40,392 bases of DNA. Origin: Thelocarpon superellum (Eukaryota). The translations under genes were made by a program, and so were the position numbers. The stretch is taken from positions 1-40,392 of the forward strand of contig JAPEUG010000126.1 of NCBI GenBank assembly GCA_026025795.1. Direction: 5' to 3'. The notes below the pieces were generated by a model that saw only the letters and a list, made by a program, of their open reading frames with translations, had not been told where the DNA came from and did no database searches. Every line of letters starts with the position of its first letter. Position 1 is the stretch's first letter. Positions 1 to 11,833 of the stretch are shown one piece after another.

Positions 1-618
1 ACCTGCACAGGGCTACGCCCAAGATGGCGATGGTGTTGCCCCCAAGTGCGAGATGGAAAGGGCATCTCATGGACGGAGTTCGGGGAACACGAGCTCCTGG
101 AGTGAAGCTCGAGGTTACGGCTACGATTACGGTCATGGTGGGACCGGTGCAGTGGTGCATGTACATTGACATGGCACGAGTGACACGCCATCGCGCAAGC
201 TGCCTACAGCCTGCATGGTACGTACCTGGATCAATGATTCTTGGTTGCTATTCTGCGAATTTGTATCCTCCAAACCGCAGTCCCCCGCTCCCCCGCTCCC
301 CCGCTCCCTACCTCACCTCGCTCTCTCTCTCCCTGTGGCCCGCAGGAGAACAATGGCCGTCGTGTCTCATTCACCTTCACTTCGATAAGTACACAGACGC
401 ACTCCGGCGCCAGCTCCAGCTCTGCGTTGCTTGATCTGCAGCGGGTGAGTTTGTCCCTGCAGGAGATCTACCCCACATCTTTGGCGAGCCATTGCATGAA
501 CCACGGAGGTCCGAATGCGCAGATTAGCTCCCACTTGGATGAAGATTGCGAGTACTTAGCATCCAACGCGAGATTACCAGACGCTTAACGTGCGGAAGGC
601 CAACAGTAAGACTGAGTA

Positions 619-673
619 GCTACTAGCCAGTGGCTAGTAGCCACTGGCTAGTAGCCACTGGCTAGTAGCCACT
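619..673. repeat. Quasi-palindromic tandem repeat, (TGGCTAGTAGCCAC)x3 preceded by an inverted partial copy
   Basis: 14-bp units at 631-644, 645-658 and 659-672; GCTACTAGCCA (619-629) is the exact reverse complement of TGGCTAGTAGC (631-641). Confidence 0.9.
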
Positions 674-1396
674 TCGCCCACGCGGCGACCCTTCTCGATG
701 TTTTGATTTGTGCTCCGCACTGTGATCGACAGTGCACTTGGATGCGCTCCAAGCTGGTCCGGTCGGTCCGCGACACGTCGAACCCTGAAGCAAGCCTATG
801 TGGACTCTCAATAAACTGGTAGCTAGGCTCCGAAACTTGGCATCAATCCCATTTGATCTTGCCAACTTAATGCAGCCCACCGCTCCCTCACCGCTGCCAG
901 CCACCTCACATCGAGGAATAGGGTCCTTGGTCTATTGCTGTTCGGGTTGTACGTAGTCATCTGAAGTCCACGTTTGACCCGGTCAGTCACCGCGGACAGA
1001 TCATCCTGTATTCCTTGATGCATTGAGGTCCGGCTAGGCTCAATGGGAAGCTTGGTTCCGGTTGATGAGGCCGAGAGGAGCTTGAGGGTAGTGGCGCGAA
1101 GAAGAGGTATCACGGGAGCTACGTCTGACAGCCATGTGACCGGCAACGGACACCACCAGCCGTCAGTAGCGTCGTGAAATGCCAAAGCGGGCATAAGCAG
1201 AACCAAGCGATCAACTTGGGTGATGAGACTATTGATACGAACATACGCCACGGCGCTACTCCTCTGGATGCCGAGACCAAGATGCACGCCTACCACAAGT
1301 AGGCATGAGACCAAGATGTCGCCTACACGGCATGTACTTGCATCCGTGTCGTCGAGCAGTCTGATCGACTTGCGTTCCGGCTGGAGTGCGCTCAAG

Positions 1397-1469
1397 TGTC
1401 AGTCGAGAGCGGCATGTCAGTCGAGAATTGCATATCAGTCGAAAAGCTGCATGTCAGTCGAAAGCTGCA
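1397..1469. repeat. Degenerate 18-19 bp tandem repeat x4 (TGTCAGTCGARARCTGCA-like)
   Basis: Units at 1397-1414, 1415-1432, 1433-1451 and 1452-1469, directly abutting with no spacers. Confidence 0.85.
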
Positions 1470-1780
1470 CGTCCAGCAACTTCTGGCCGTTGACGCTCAA
1501 CCATGGGCGCCAGTTAGCCCTAGTTTAGCTGGACTCCGCTGCCAAAGATAGCGTTCATTTGCACCCAGAAAGCCCGTGGACGAAAGCTTTAGGGGGTTCC
1601 AACCCGAGCTAGAGGCGGTGGAAGCGAACGGCCCGCAATGTTTTTCCCGCTTTGAAGTTCAGGTGTGTAGGAAGATCAACAAGGATTGGTCCTCTCTGCA
1701 TATGGAGCCCCGCTCCGCGCCGCTTCAGGCGCCCTCGCCGTCTCTGTCCTTGCCGCTCTTACCAGAGCTACTCGTAGTGG

Positions 1781-1820
1781 GTCCTTTTAGGTCCTTTTAG
1801 GCCCTTTTAGGTCCTCTTGG
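1781..1820. repeat. 10-bp tandem repeat x4 (GTCCTTTTAG)
   Basis: gtccttttag gtccttttag gcccttttag gtcctcttgg. Confidence 0.85.
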
Positions 1821-2024
1821 GACCGCGCCGACCGCCTTCTTTTCCGAGTACGAGTACGAGATTTGGCGGGTCGACAGCTTGACCCCTGCCGGCACTTGTG
1901 AAAGTCGCTTAGCAGCCGGCGACGCGGCAATTTCCTGGTGCTTCGACTATCCGCTCCATTGGCCCCGAGTTGACCGTTTGGTCCCGTCTCTCGGCAGCGC
2001 GTGGCGACATGGTAGCATGGCGGG

Positions 2025-4041
2025 ATGGGCGTGATATGCTTTATATCGGAGCTGCTGCTGCTGCGGCTGCTGCTGCGGCTGGTCCGGATCTCCACCGCTT
2101 CCCAACGTCCACTTCCATCCTCCCCCCCAGCCATGTCTTCACTCTCGCTGAGCGCGCAGGCCTTCTGCGGCACTGCCTACGACTATATCATCGCTGGTGG
2201 TGGCACCGCCGGCCTCGTCCTGGCCGCACGGCTCACGGAGGACCCGCAGGTGTCTGTTGCGGTATTCGAAGCTGGCGAGGATCGCTCAGGCGATGCGGTA
2301 GTGCTGGTACCTGGCCTCGCCCTGGGTCAGGTCCAAAATCCTGACTATGATTGGAACTTCATCACGCCGCCCCAGGTATGGTACCGGTCACCACCCACGC
2401 CCGCAAACCCACTCGTCGATGGTGGCGCTGACGCGAACGGGGACACAGCCCGAGCTAAATGGTCGTGAAATGGCACACCCCCGTGGCAAGCAACTGGGCG
2501 GGTCGAGCGCCATCAACTACATGTACTGGACGCACCCAAGCAAAGCGGATCTGGACGACTGGGAGACGCTCGGCAACCCTGGCTGGAATTTTGCGAACCT
2601 GTTTCCCTACTATCTCAAGTCAGAAGATTACATCCCTCCGTCGAAAGCGACGTCAGACGCAGAGGATATCTTCTTCATCAACCCCGCGGACCATGGAACG
2701 TCAGGCCCTATCCTGAACAGTTTCTACAAGCTATTCCCCGACTATGCGAACGTGTGGCTCCCGACCTTCAAGACGCTTGGCCAGCTCGTCACGGGTGATC
2801 CCAAGAGTGGCATCAACCTGGGCGGTTACATCAACCTCAACAACATCGATCCGGTCAACGTGACGCGTAGTTACGCGGCGACGCGTTACTATCATCCGAA
2901 TGCGAATCGGCGCAACCTGCATCTCCTGACCGGCGCCTACGTGAACAATGTCATCTTGAAGCATGGAAGGAACGGCGACTACACGGCGACAGGCATCAAC
3001 GTCACCGTCAACAATCACACCTACATCGCCCGGGCGAAGAAGGAGGTGATCGTGAGCGCAGGCAGTATCAAGTCACCACAGATCCTTGAACTGTCGGGCA
3101 TCGGCGATGAAACGATCCTTCGAAAGTACGGCATCAAGACGCTCATCAACAATCCGAACGTGGGCGAGAACCTTCAAGACCACCTGTACATCCCGACGGG
3201 CTTCGTCGCCAATGACGACCAACCCTCAGCATCGGCCACCAACATCACCTTGGCCACGGAGCTATACTATGCAAACCGCACGGGTGCGCTGGCAACCGGA
3301 CTCGATGCGGCCGCCTTGCTGTCTTATGACCAGCTTGTCGCGCCGGATCAACGTGGCAAGGGACCAAACGGCATCAACGGCACCCTTTGCCTGCCCAACG
3401 CCTGCCGGCCCGGTCTGCAGCAGCAGCTCGAGCTGGTTCGCAAGAAGGTGCTGAACCCCAATGTGGCGACGGCGCAGCATCTGGGCGCGGGATCGTTGAC
3501 CCGGCCACAATTCTCCAATGATACGTTGCAACTCCTGGATGCTCCCAACCCAGGTTCCTTCTTCGACGTCACCGCCTGCCTCGAGCACCCCTTTTCGCGC
3601 GGCTCGGTGCACATCACCACGTCCGATTCCACCGCCGCGCCACTCATCGACCCGAAGTACCTCACTCATCCGCTTGACGTCGAGATCCTTGCCACCGCCG
3701 CCCTCCACGCGCAGAAAGTGGCACAGACAGCCCCTCTTTCCAGCTTCCTCAAGGGCAACGGAACTGTGTTCGCCGAGGGCTTCTATCTTCTGACAACCGA
3801 CAATGCCCAGGAGTTCGTTCGCAACGCCGGCATCACCCAGTATCACCCAGCCGGCACCTGCGCCATGCTGCCTCGAGCGGCTGGTGGCGTGGTAGACGCT
3901 TCATTGACGGTCTATGGCACTTCGAATCTGCGGGTGGTGGACGCGAGTATTTTCCCTCTCCAGGTCGAGAGCAACCTGCAGACGACGGTATATGCCGTGG
4001 CCGAGCGAGCGGCGGATATAATCAAGGGGAAGGTGCATTAA
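2025..4041 (+). CDS. GMC (glucose-methanol-choline) oxidoreductase, AA3_2-like, probably secreted; join(2025..2375,2449..4041), about 647 aa
   Basis: FAD-binding YDYIIAGGGTAGLVLAARLTE, PRGKQLGGSSAIN, VGENLQDH, YHPAGTCAM and LRVVDASIFP motifs. Intron 2376-2448 (GTATGG...GCTGAC...CAG) joins the two ORFs in frame. Hydrophobic N-terminus and many N-x-S/T sites. Alternative ATG at 2133. Confidence 0.93.
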
Positions 4042-5044
4042 GGGCCATTAATCGCGGGATAAGCGGATGCCCTACAACACGCTGACCTAGCAGCGAATTT
4101 CCTTCGTACCCTCTCGAGTAGGATGCGAGAGATGACTTTTTACATACTGAGACGAGCATAATGCCAAGGCCGCGGGCCTGCTTCCTTGTTGCCTGAAATC
4201 TACGTCGCAGCCGTCATGGCGCCGAGGACTCTGAGCCCCCCAACGTTCGCTACAACCGGCCCCGCTCGACCGTAGAGATCATTCTTCGTGCACCGGCCCA
4301 GCCATCAGACGTCATGATCAGCGACCCATATGTCCCTCCCGCTCTCGCCCCATGCTCCCACGCCATCGTGGCCTGGGATGTCGACGGTGGCTGGATCACC
4401 GACCGCTAACAAGGACTTTCCGGGCGGGTCGTCGCTCGTGATTCCAACACGTCGTCCTCGTATTCGCACTTCTACTCGTCCCCCTACTCGACACCGGTAC
4501 CGTACTTGAGACCTCGCTACCGCTGTGCTCGATCGGCCGATCGCCTGCAGCGGCCCACAAGCCGATAGTGTGCCGGTGGCGCCGCGTAAGGTTTGGGCAG
4601 GAAGTCCGGTCCGCCCCCCCGATACGAGGACGAACACAAGTACCCGTACTTAAGCTAGACACCATAAGACCGACTGATGTTTATGCGGATGATAACATAG
4701 TGCACGAGAGGCAGGAAACCGACGCCCGCCCTTTGTGCAGCTTTCTGCACAAGACACACCACTCTCCCACATATATCGAATAAGCCACGAGGAATAGTAT
4801 CGCAGGAGTGGTAAAGATGCCGCAACAGTGTCCACGTCAACTTTACCAGCAACTCAGCACTTCAGCAGCCCAGCAAATCAGCAAAGCGATCAATCGACAT
4901 GGGAACGAAAGGCCGCCTTCAAGTACGCAGGTGCAAATCTCCGCTGGGGGAGCTGAGTTACAGAGGTAACGACTCACACCGGGCGCTGAGGCCTTCTGCA
5001 CGAATGTAAATCTTCCATCGCACAACGGAGGGGTTTCGATAGGG

Positions 5045-5400
5045 ATGAGTCGAGGAGCAATCCTCACTCGGACCGAAGCTTTTGCCTCGTTTGGTCCGTA
5101 GCGTCTTGAACGATTTGAAGATACGAGTAGGTTTCGTGTGCGAGTACGACTCGTAGTCTTGGCGGATTCGACATCACAACCATGGCACTGTAAGTATTTC
5201 CCGTGCCGTTATTCGCTTTACCAGTGTCTACGCCGCTGTCGCCACCACCAATGTCCTGGCAAGAAGTGTGCCACGAGGCCCGTAGAGAGGCAAAGCTGCT
5301 CCAAGATCCAGTCCTGGCGTATCTTACCTCTCCCATTGACGCAGACACCCTTCCACTGAAGCTCGTCTGCTCTCTCCGCCATCTCGACCATGGCCGCAAC
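5045..5400 (+). pseudogene. Possible decayed 2EXR-like gene remnant
   Basis: Fragments across frames, MSRGAILTRTEAFASFGP*RLE / LKIR / RVRLVVL / PPPMSWQEVCHEARREA...AYLTSPIDADTL, resemble the F..F..LP.ELRL.IW...R.V.L...P..L.VC.ESR..A...DTL pattern; interrupted by a stop and frameshifts. Boundaries approximate. Confidence 0.3.
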
Positions 5401-7522
5401 GAGATCAGCAAAAGCCACGACGATGCCTCGCTCCGTAGCACTGAACCGGTGTCCATCGGTGTCATGGCTGGCAACACTGCGCCAGGGTCCATGAAGACGG
5501 CCGATATCAGATCGCCACCGCGCTGGGAAAAATAGCGGGCCTTAGCCCGCCGGATATCCGCATACGTCTCCAACAACCAATGCACCAGGCGCGGCACGCT
5601 TATGGAGAAGACTGGGTGCTCAGCGGCCGGGGTCAACATGATGACAGTGGGGGCGCGGTAGGCCGCATCCTCGGCGCTGAGGCTCTTGAGCGTCGAGCCT
5701 GCACGATGCACGTCTGTCCAGACCTACGAGCGTCCCCTCCATCACGGTTGCATAAGGCCATGACGAAAGCCAGGGGTGGAGATTAAGGAGGTTTGTTTCG
5801 ATCGGAAGGGGACTGGATGCGAAGGTGACCGAGGACTGCCGACTCGGTCGACCCCGTTGCATCGAGGATGGTGTAGACTTACATGCTCGTCGTTGCGTTT
5901 ATCGCCGTCTCGCTCTCTGCCTTTCCATTCAACATCAGGGCCCCGGACTTCCGTTGACCATCTGTATCGCCTTCACATACGTGCTAAAGCCATCTTTTAC
6001 ACGGAGAGCTGGTATTTCGGAAAGGTCACCATGTCTTGATGGCGCCTGGACTGACCTTGGAGCTCGCCTCTCCATAGATGGTCATCTGATAATGTTAGTG
6101 TCCAAAATGACGTGCAATGATGGGACGCCTGATCGGCGACACCTCGTAATCCGGGCAAGTCAGCCAGGGCTGCGGGGTGCTTCAATTTGTTATCAACGCA
6201 CAATGCAGTCGCGATCTCCTGTGTCATCGACTGACCGAGGGGGAACGCTTCTTGGCCTCCGTGCGAGTACTTGTCCTCTGTCCCTCCACCATACAAGGAC
6301 GACTACATATTATGTGTCTGCAAGCCCGTAGTCATTTCATTTGTCCGGAGGCCTCTGTCCTCGGACGAGATTTGTACGGCGGTCTGTTACCTAAGTGGCT
6401 TAGTCTACAGAGTCTTAGCTGGCTCGGCATTCGAGCGGCCCGGAGCCTTGCCCACTTCCCCAGCCGAACGGCAGAAGCATCCGTGGTGGACAAGGATACG
6501 CTCTGCAGAACCATGGACACCGGGTGTCGCCTGCGACGCCACCCGGTGAAGGCCGTCTGGTAGCTCATTTGGTCCGGCCCGCGATGCCACACGGTGCGGT
6601 CACCACGAACAGGATCAAAGGCCGTGCCGTCTCGTTGGCGCGCTCTCAGCTGCACTATTGTGGCCGCCGCCGAACCTAATTGAATGGCGTCCTGGCGACA
6701 CGGAAGCAGCCCCGCGTTAGCGCCGCCTTCCACCCCCCCACCGGCACGAATGCGTCGAGATCAGACTTACCTGTCAGGCCGGCTCGCTTCCCGTCGGTGC
6801 CGGCAGAGTCCTGGTTCGAGTTCTGGTACACCGATCGCTGCTGCCGTGAGGAGGATTTCCACCAATGGCCGGACTAGGCCGCAGTCACCGGTGCGTGCGG
6901 CCGTGGCATCGCGAGACCTGAGTCGGTTTGCTTGGCGATCCGATCCTCGCCGCCATGTCCATCAGAAGGCGCTGTCCCTCACCCTGGTTGGCAGGCGTGG
7001 GGGTGGTGGTATCTGGCGGATGCGCCAACAGATGGTCCCGCCTCGCAGGGGTGACGGACGAACGCGACTGGGCGTGTCATCGTCTCTACTCGTGGGCAGT
7101 TCCCACCTAGTGCCTGTGGCTGCATGATCGGTGGCTTGGCCGATCGCGTTTTCAACGACTGGCACGTTCTCCTTGGCTGCCCACCCGAAATGCAGGGGAC
7201 GGCCACCCGCCAGGTTGAGTGAGGCACTCGGACTCGTACGAGTAATTCGTAGTGCGAGTAGGACTCGTAACGCGATGATGTAGGGTCGAGACGCACGCGT
7301 ACGGCAGGTGCCGTACCACGCTGCCGGGCGCTCGCCCTTGCCGGTTATCTTGAACCCTTGCGGCTGGGCACACCTCTGTCCCCAAGTCGCCATATATATG
7401 AGCACCAGCGACGAAGGCACAGACCAATGTGATCGCCATCTTCGCAGCGGAGCTGTGCTGCCGTCTTTGCCCAGCGTGTGCCCGTGCCTTCTACTGCTGC
7501 GTCGTTTTGCCCATCGGTGACC

Positions 7523-9110
7523 ATGGAGGACCTGACGAAGAGGGCCTTCGTGCCGGCATTGCCCCCCCCACCCGGCGTGACGTCCAATCTTGAGGATCCC
7601 GAATTCTGTGGAATGCGTTTGTTCGTGATTTGTGGCGTCTTCACGGGTCTCATCCTGATCTGCACTGTGCTGCGGTTGTACACCCGACTGCGCATCACCA
7701 ACGCGTTTGGTATCGATGACTGTGAGCTATCCTCCCCGCCGGCCAGCAACGCTCCAGCTGCTAACGTTGACCAGGCGCACTCATTCTGGCGACGGTGGGC
7801 AGCACGTTCGACCTTGACCACTGCTGCGGCTGCTGATGGATCACAATCACAGCTTTCCTCCATTGCGCTCGTGATCGTGACAATCATCAGTCAGTCACCC
7901 CGTCGCAGACGGCATTGTCGATCCAGTCCGATGGCTGACTCCCGCCGGTCACAGTGACCTATCATGGTCTAGGATATCACATGTGGGATGTTTCACTCTT
8001 GACCTTCTCTCCGGGCTGGCTCGCGGTAAGTTGAATGCGGCTCCGGAGGGAGAGCGCCTGCTGACTTAATCTGTGCCGTAGTGGGACTTCGTGGCGTCTA
8101 TCGTGTACACCATCTCCATCTGGCTCGCCAAGTTGGCCGTCTTACTGCTCTATCTACGACTCTTCCCGAAGAAGGAGACGCGGATTGCGATCTTCTTCAT
8201 GCTGTTCGTCATCACGGGTCAAGTCGTCTCCGTCACCATCGCGCTCTTCCTTGGCTGCACCCCATTCGCCAAGGTATACGACGTGACCATTACCTATGGG
8301 TCATGCCTCGATAAGAACCAAATCAGCATTGTGACGAGCGGCCTGAACGTGGCCACGGACATCATTCTCTTGGTCTTGCCCTTGCCGACGGTGTACAAAT
8401 TGAATCTGCCCAAGAAGCAGAAAATGGCTCTTATAGGCGTCTTTATGCTGGGTGCATTGTACGTCGCCTCCGTGCCCGTGGTGAGGGGATCTCCGTCGCT
8501 AATTGAGGATAGGGTGTGCGCGATCAGTATAATTCGACTGGCTGAGCTCAGGGGCCTGCTCGCGAATCCCGACTTCTCATGGACCATCCTCGACGCGTCG
8601 ATCTGGGGGTAGGTGGTCTTGTGGGCCCCCCGGGTCGAACGACGGGCTAACGGGGCCAACAGGATCGTGGAAATCGACGTCAGCATCGTCTGCTCTTGTC
8701 TCGTGGTATATCAACCACTTCTTCGCAAGTTCTCGCCGGCTTTCTTCAGTTTCAAGAGCTCGTTCTACTCCAACCCCGGCTCCGGCGAGACGCCGACGTT
8801 CAGCAAGCGAAAGACACGTCGCCCTCGGCGCTTCGAGTCCTACATCTTGGGGACGGAGACGGATGGCACGGCGGACTCGACGCCATTGGAGCTGGGCGAT
8901 GGACCGAAAGCCAAAGTCACGATATATGCCCAGGGAGGCGCGGATTTGAAAACCCAAGCTTCGGATGCTTCGTCCACGCAAGAGGATCGCCCTGGTCATG
9001 ACCACAGCACCGAACACATAAACCCGGATGTGGTCGATCAGCCGCACGGCGCGCCAGGCCAAAGCATCACGAAGACGACGAAGATTCGCGTCAAGCAGGA
9101 GCAGACGTAG
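7523..9110 (+). CDS. PTH11-like (fungal rhodopsin-domain) integral membrane protein without CFEM; join(7523..7721,7775..7794,7853..7889,7955..8025,8082..8458,8513..8608,8663..9110)
   Basis: Family motifs PALPPPPGVTSN, LRLYTR...GIDD, GLGYHMWDV, AKLAVLLLYLRLFP, NVATDIILLVLPLP, LPKKQK and VEIDVSIVCSC. Six GT-AG introns, each with a CTRAY branch point, give one continuous frame. Confidence 0.9.
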
Positions 9111-9941
9111 GTGGTGGCAGAAGTGCCACGGCGGCGAAGGCGGATTGGAATTGCGTCGGGCGGGTCAAAATCACAGGGTGTCAAAAAACTGCTTGGGCAG
9201 CGTGAGGTGTTCCGAGGCGGAACGCAATCGGGCGGCAGCGTTGGAGCGATGGGTCGACAGGCGGCTTACAACCCGCTCAGTGATGGTCTCGTGGCGTCGA
9301 TTGATTTCATATGGAAAATATCCTTGGTCGGATCCTCGAGCAATGTCACAGTGACGAGCTATTCTGTCGCGGAGAATATTCAAGTGTATTACTTATCTCA
9401 CATCGCGAGTTTATGGACGACTGGTACTACCACGAAGTCGGTGCTACCGCTACCGCTACCGCGACGGCAGCGGCAACGGCGACGGCACCCGGCCACGCCA
9501 TCGTCCTCCTTTGTCAGCAGCCGCAAACGACCAGGTGACTCGGCTGACATAAGGATGTGGTGCGACGTCTGTCGGCGGGTCGAGGCATCTGGTGCTCGTA
9601 TTCGGCGAGGTAGACCAGCAACAGCACGAGTACGAGTCGTTGGCACCAGGTCCGACTCCGGTCATCCGAAACGCGAGGCCTGTCTCAGACAACGATAGCG
9701 CATGAGCGGCACTTACAACGGCACCTGCACCTGCACCTGCGAGAACTGTCAAGACGCCATTGCATGAGTCGCCGGCCATTCGGTCCTTCAATCCATCCAC
9801 CCACTTCCACCACCGACTCCACCGACTCCATCGGCGTAGGATAGGAGGGTGTACCGGGTGGAGATGGACTGACTGGTCAATCGGACGTCATCTCGCCCAT
9901 CCAGCCCCCCTGCCGTCATCGCACAGGAGACCGCCGACGAC

Positions 9942-11250
9942 ATGTCCACGGAGCGCGAGTCGACCGCACGTGCTCTGGCTGTGTCCACCTCCCCGCCCGA
10001 CTCGCCCAAGGTCGGCCGCGAACCCTTTCACCCGCCATGGCCCCGCCCGCGGACCAGCTCCTCGCGAAGCCGCGAGGCCTCGACCTATGTGGGCGAGGTA
10101 CGGCGGTTCGCGAAGACGACCCTGGTCACGGCCCGACAGGTGTTCCTGCAGCTCCTCAAGACATACATGATGATGGCCTGGTGGCAGCGCATCGTGGCCG
10201 CCGTCGCGCTGGTCACGATGGCGACGTTGGGCATCCTGTTCCTCGTCTTCAGCGAGCAGGTCTTCCACTGGCTCCTGCCCATCGCCGAGAAATGGCGCGA
10301 CCTGCCCGCTGGGTGGCTCATCGTCTGGGCCATGACCTTTGTCTGCGCCTTTCCTCCCTTGATTGGCTTCTCCAGCGCCGTCACCGTCGCCGGCTTCGTG
10401 TATGGCATTCCGGTCGGGTACGTGGGACGGATAGATCGACACCGGGCTTTGTGGTGGTCAAGTACGCACGTACGCCTGCTAACGACGGTGCAGCTGGCTG
10501 CTTGTCGCCACCGCCACCGTGACGGGCTCACTGTGCTCCTTTGTCGTCTCGCGCACCCTCCTCTCCGGCTACGTGGAGCGGTTGATCGCGCACGACAAGC
10601 GCTTTGCCGCGTTTGCCCTGACGCTGAAACATGACGGCCTGAAGCTGCTCATCATGATACGCTTCTGCCCACTCCCGTACTCCCTCTCCAATGGCGCCAT
10701 GTCGACGGTGCCAACCATCCATCCGCTCATGTTTGCGCTGGCCACCGCCGCCTCTACCCCGAAACTGTTGATTCACGTCTTCATCGGACGCCAGCTGGCG
10801 CGCATCGCCGAGAGCGGGGGCAAGATGGACACCAGCACCCGACTGGTCAACTACGCCAGCATCGCAGCCAGCGGAATCCTGGGCTTGACCGTGGGATGGG
10901 TGATTTATGCCAAGTGAGTCGCGTTGGGGAGGCCTTGGCGTTGTGCCCGAGACTCACGGTGATGTAGGACAGTGGCGCGGGCACGTCAGCTGGAAGCGGA
11001 AGAACGAGCGCGCCCCCCAGATCCACTCGCCCACGACCAAAGCCCCTCGCTGTTTTCGGATGAGCCGGACTATGGCGCGACGGCCACCATGCTCCGGGAC
11101 GATGATATCGGTCTCTTCGAAACCGAAGTCGAAGGCGCGGATTACCGTGACAACTTCACGGACGAGGATGATATCTTCAGCGGAGGAGAGGGTGATGAAG
11201 AGCAGGAGCTGGGGATGCAGCGTCTGTCGCCCGGAAAGTATCCTCGATAG
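9942..11250 (+). CDS. TVP38: Golgi membrane protein Tvp38 (VTT/DedA, SNARE-associated Golgi domain); join(9942..10417,10494..10913,10968..11250)
   Basis: [29 protein letters not shown] and [10 protein letters not shown] motifs, multiple TM segments, acidic C-tail; two canonical introns restore the frame. Confidence 0.9.
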
Positions 11251-11833
11251 AACTACCGGGGTGCATGGTGGGCGTTTCTACGAGACATGATGTATGAATT
11301 CAGGCGTTGCCTTGTGCAGCCATCATAGAGCCGGGCAGGCGAGGGTTTGGGTAGACGGCGAATGCATTCGGCGTTACAGTCAGACGTATAAGAGGATAGA
11401 GAGTATGTCGCATGAGCGGGTTGGACCCTTTATGAAATTACTGCGGGGAAGTCCGGTGATTGCGCCAGTGGAGCTCGAGATGGTGGGAAGCTCTTCGCAA
11501 GGTCAAGCTCACGATGACGCCTGATCACGAGACGCTCCTAGCGACGGATGACGCCGAGCTCAAGGTGGCCCAGAAGCAACTCCCACCACAGAGCCCTCCC
11601 GTCAACCACCCGCTACCCACCACCCGCCTCTCACCATCACCCCTCCTTCGTCGACCAATAGCACATCGCCAACCTAATAACATCTCGACATCATTTGTCT
11701 TTCCGTCTCCGTGAGCTGTGCACTGTGATTTCACTCCGCAAGGGGCTGGCCGAGCACCCCGCCGAAGCGCGAGTGCGACGTCACATCACGAACGCCTCGG
11801 CATTCACCATCGACCATCCACATCCACGTCATC

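Noticed and set aside
823..1395. 190-aa minus-strand ORF
   Set aside because: Non-ATG start, no recognisable motif or splice structure; long chance ORFs are common at this GC content.
1397..1469. Four similar 18-19 bp units as a CRISPR-like array
   Set aside because: Units abut with no unique spacers, there are no cas genes, and the context is eukaryotic; ordinary minisatellite.
1781..1820. TTTTAGG-containing repeat as an interstitial telomere
   Set aside because: The unit is 10 bp (GTCCTTTTAG), not TTAGGG, and there are only four degenerate copies.
1845..9640. Recurring CGAGTA/TACGAG words in intergenic DNA (near 1847, 5122-5156, 7232-7270, 9626)
   Set aside because: Short low-complexity motif with no fixed spacing or position; cannot be distinguished from microsatellite background without genome-wide statistics.
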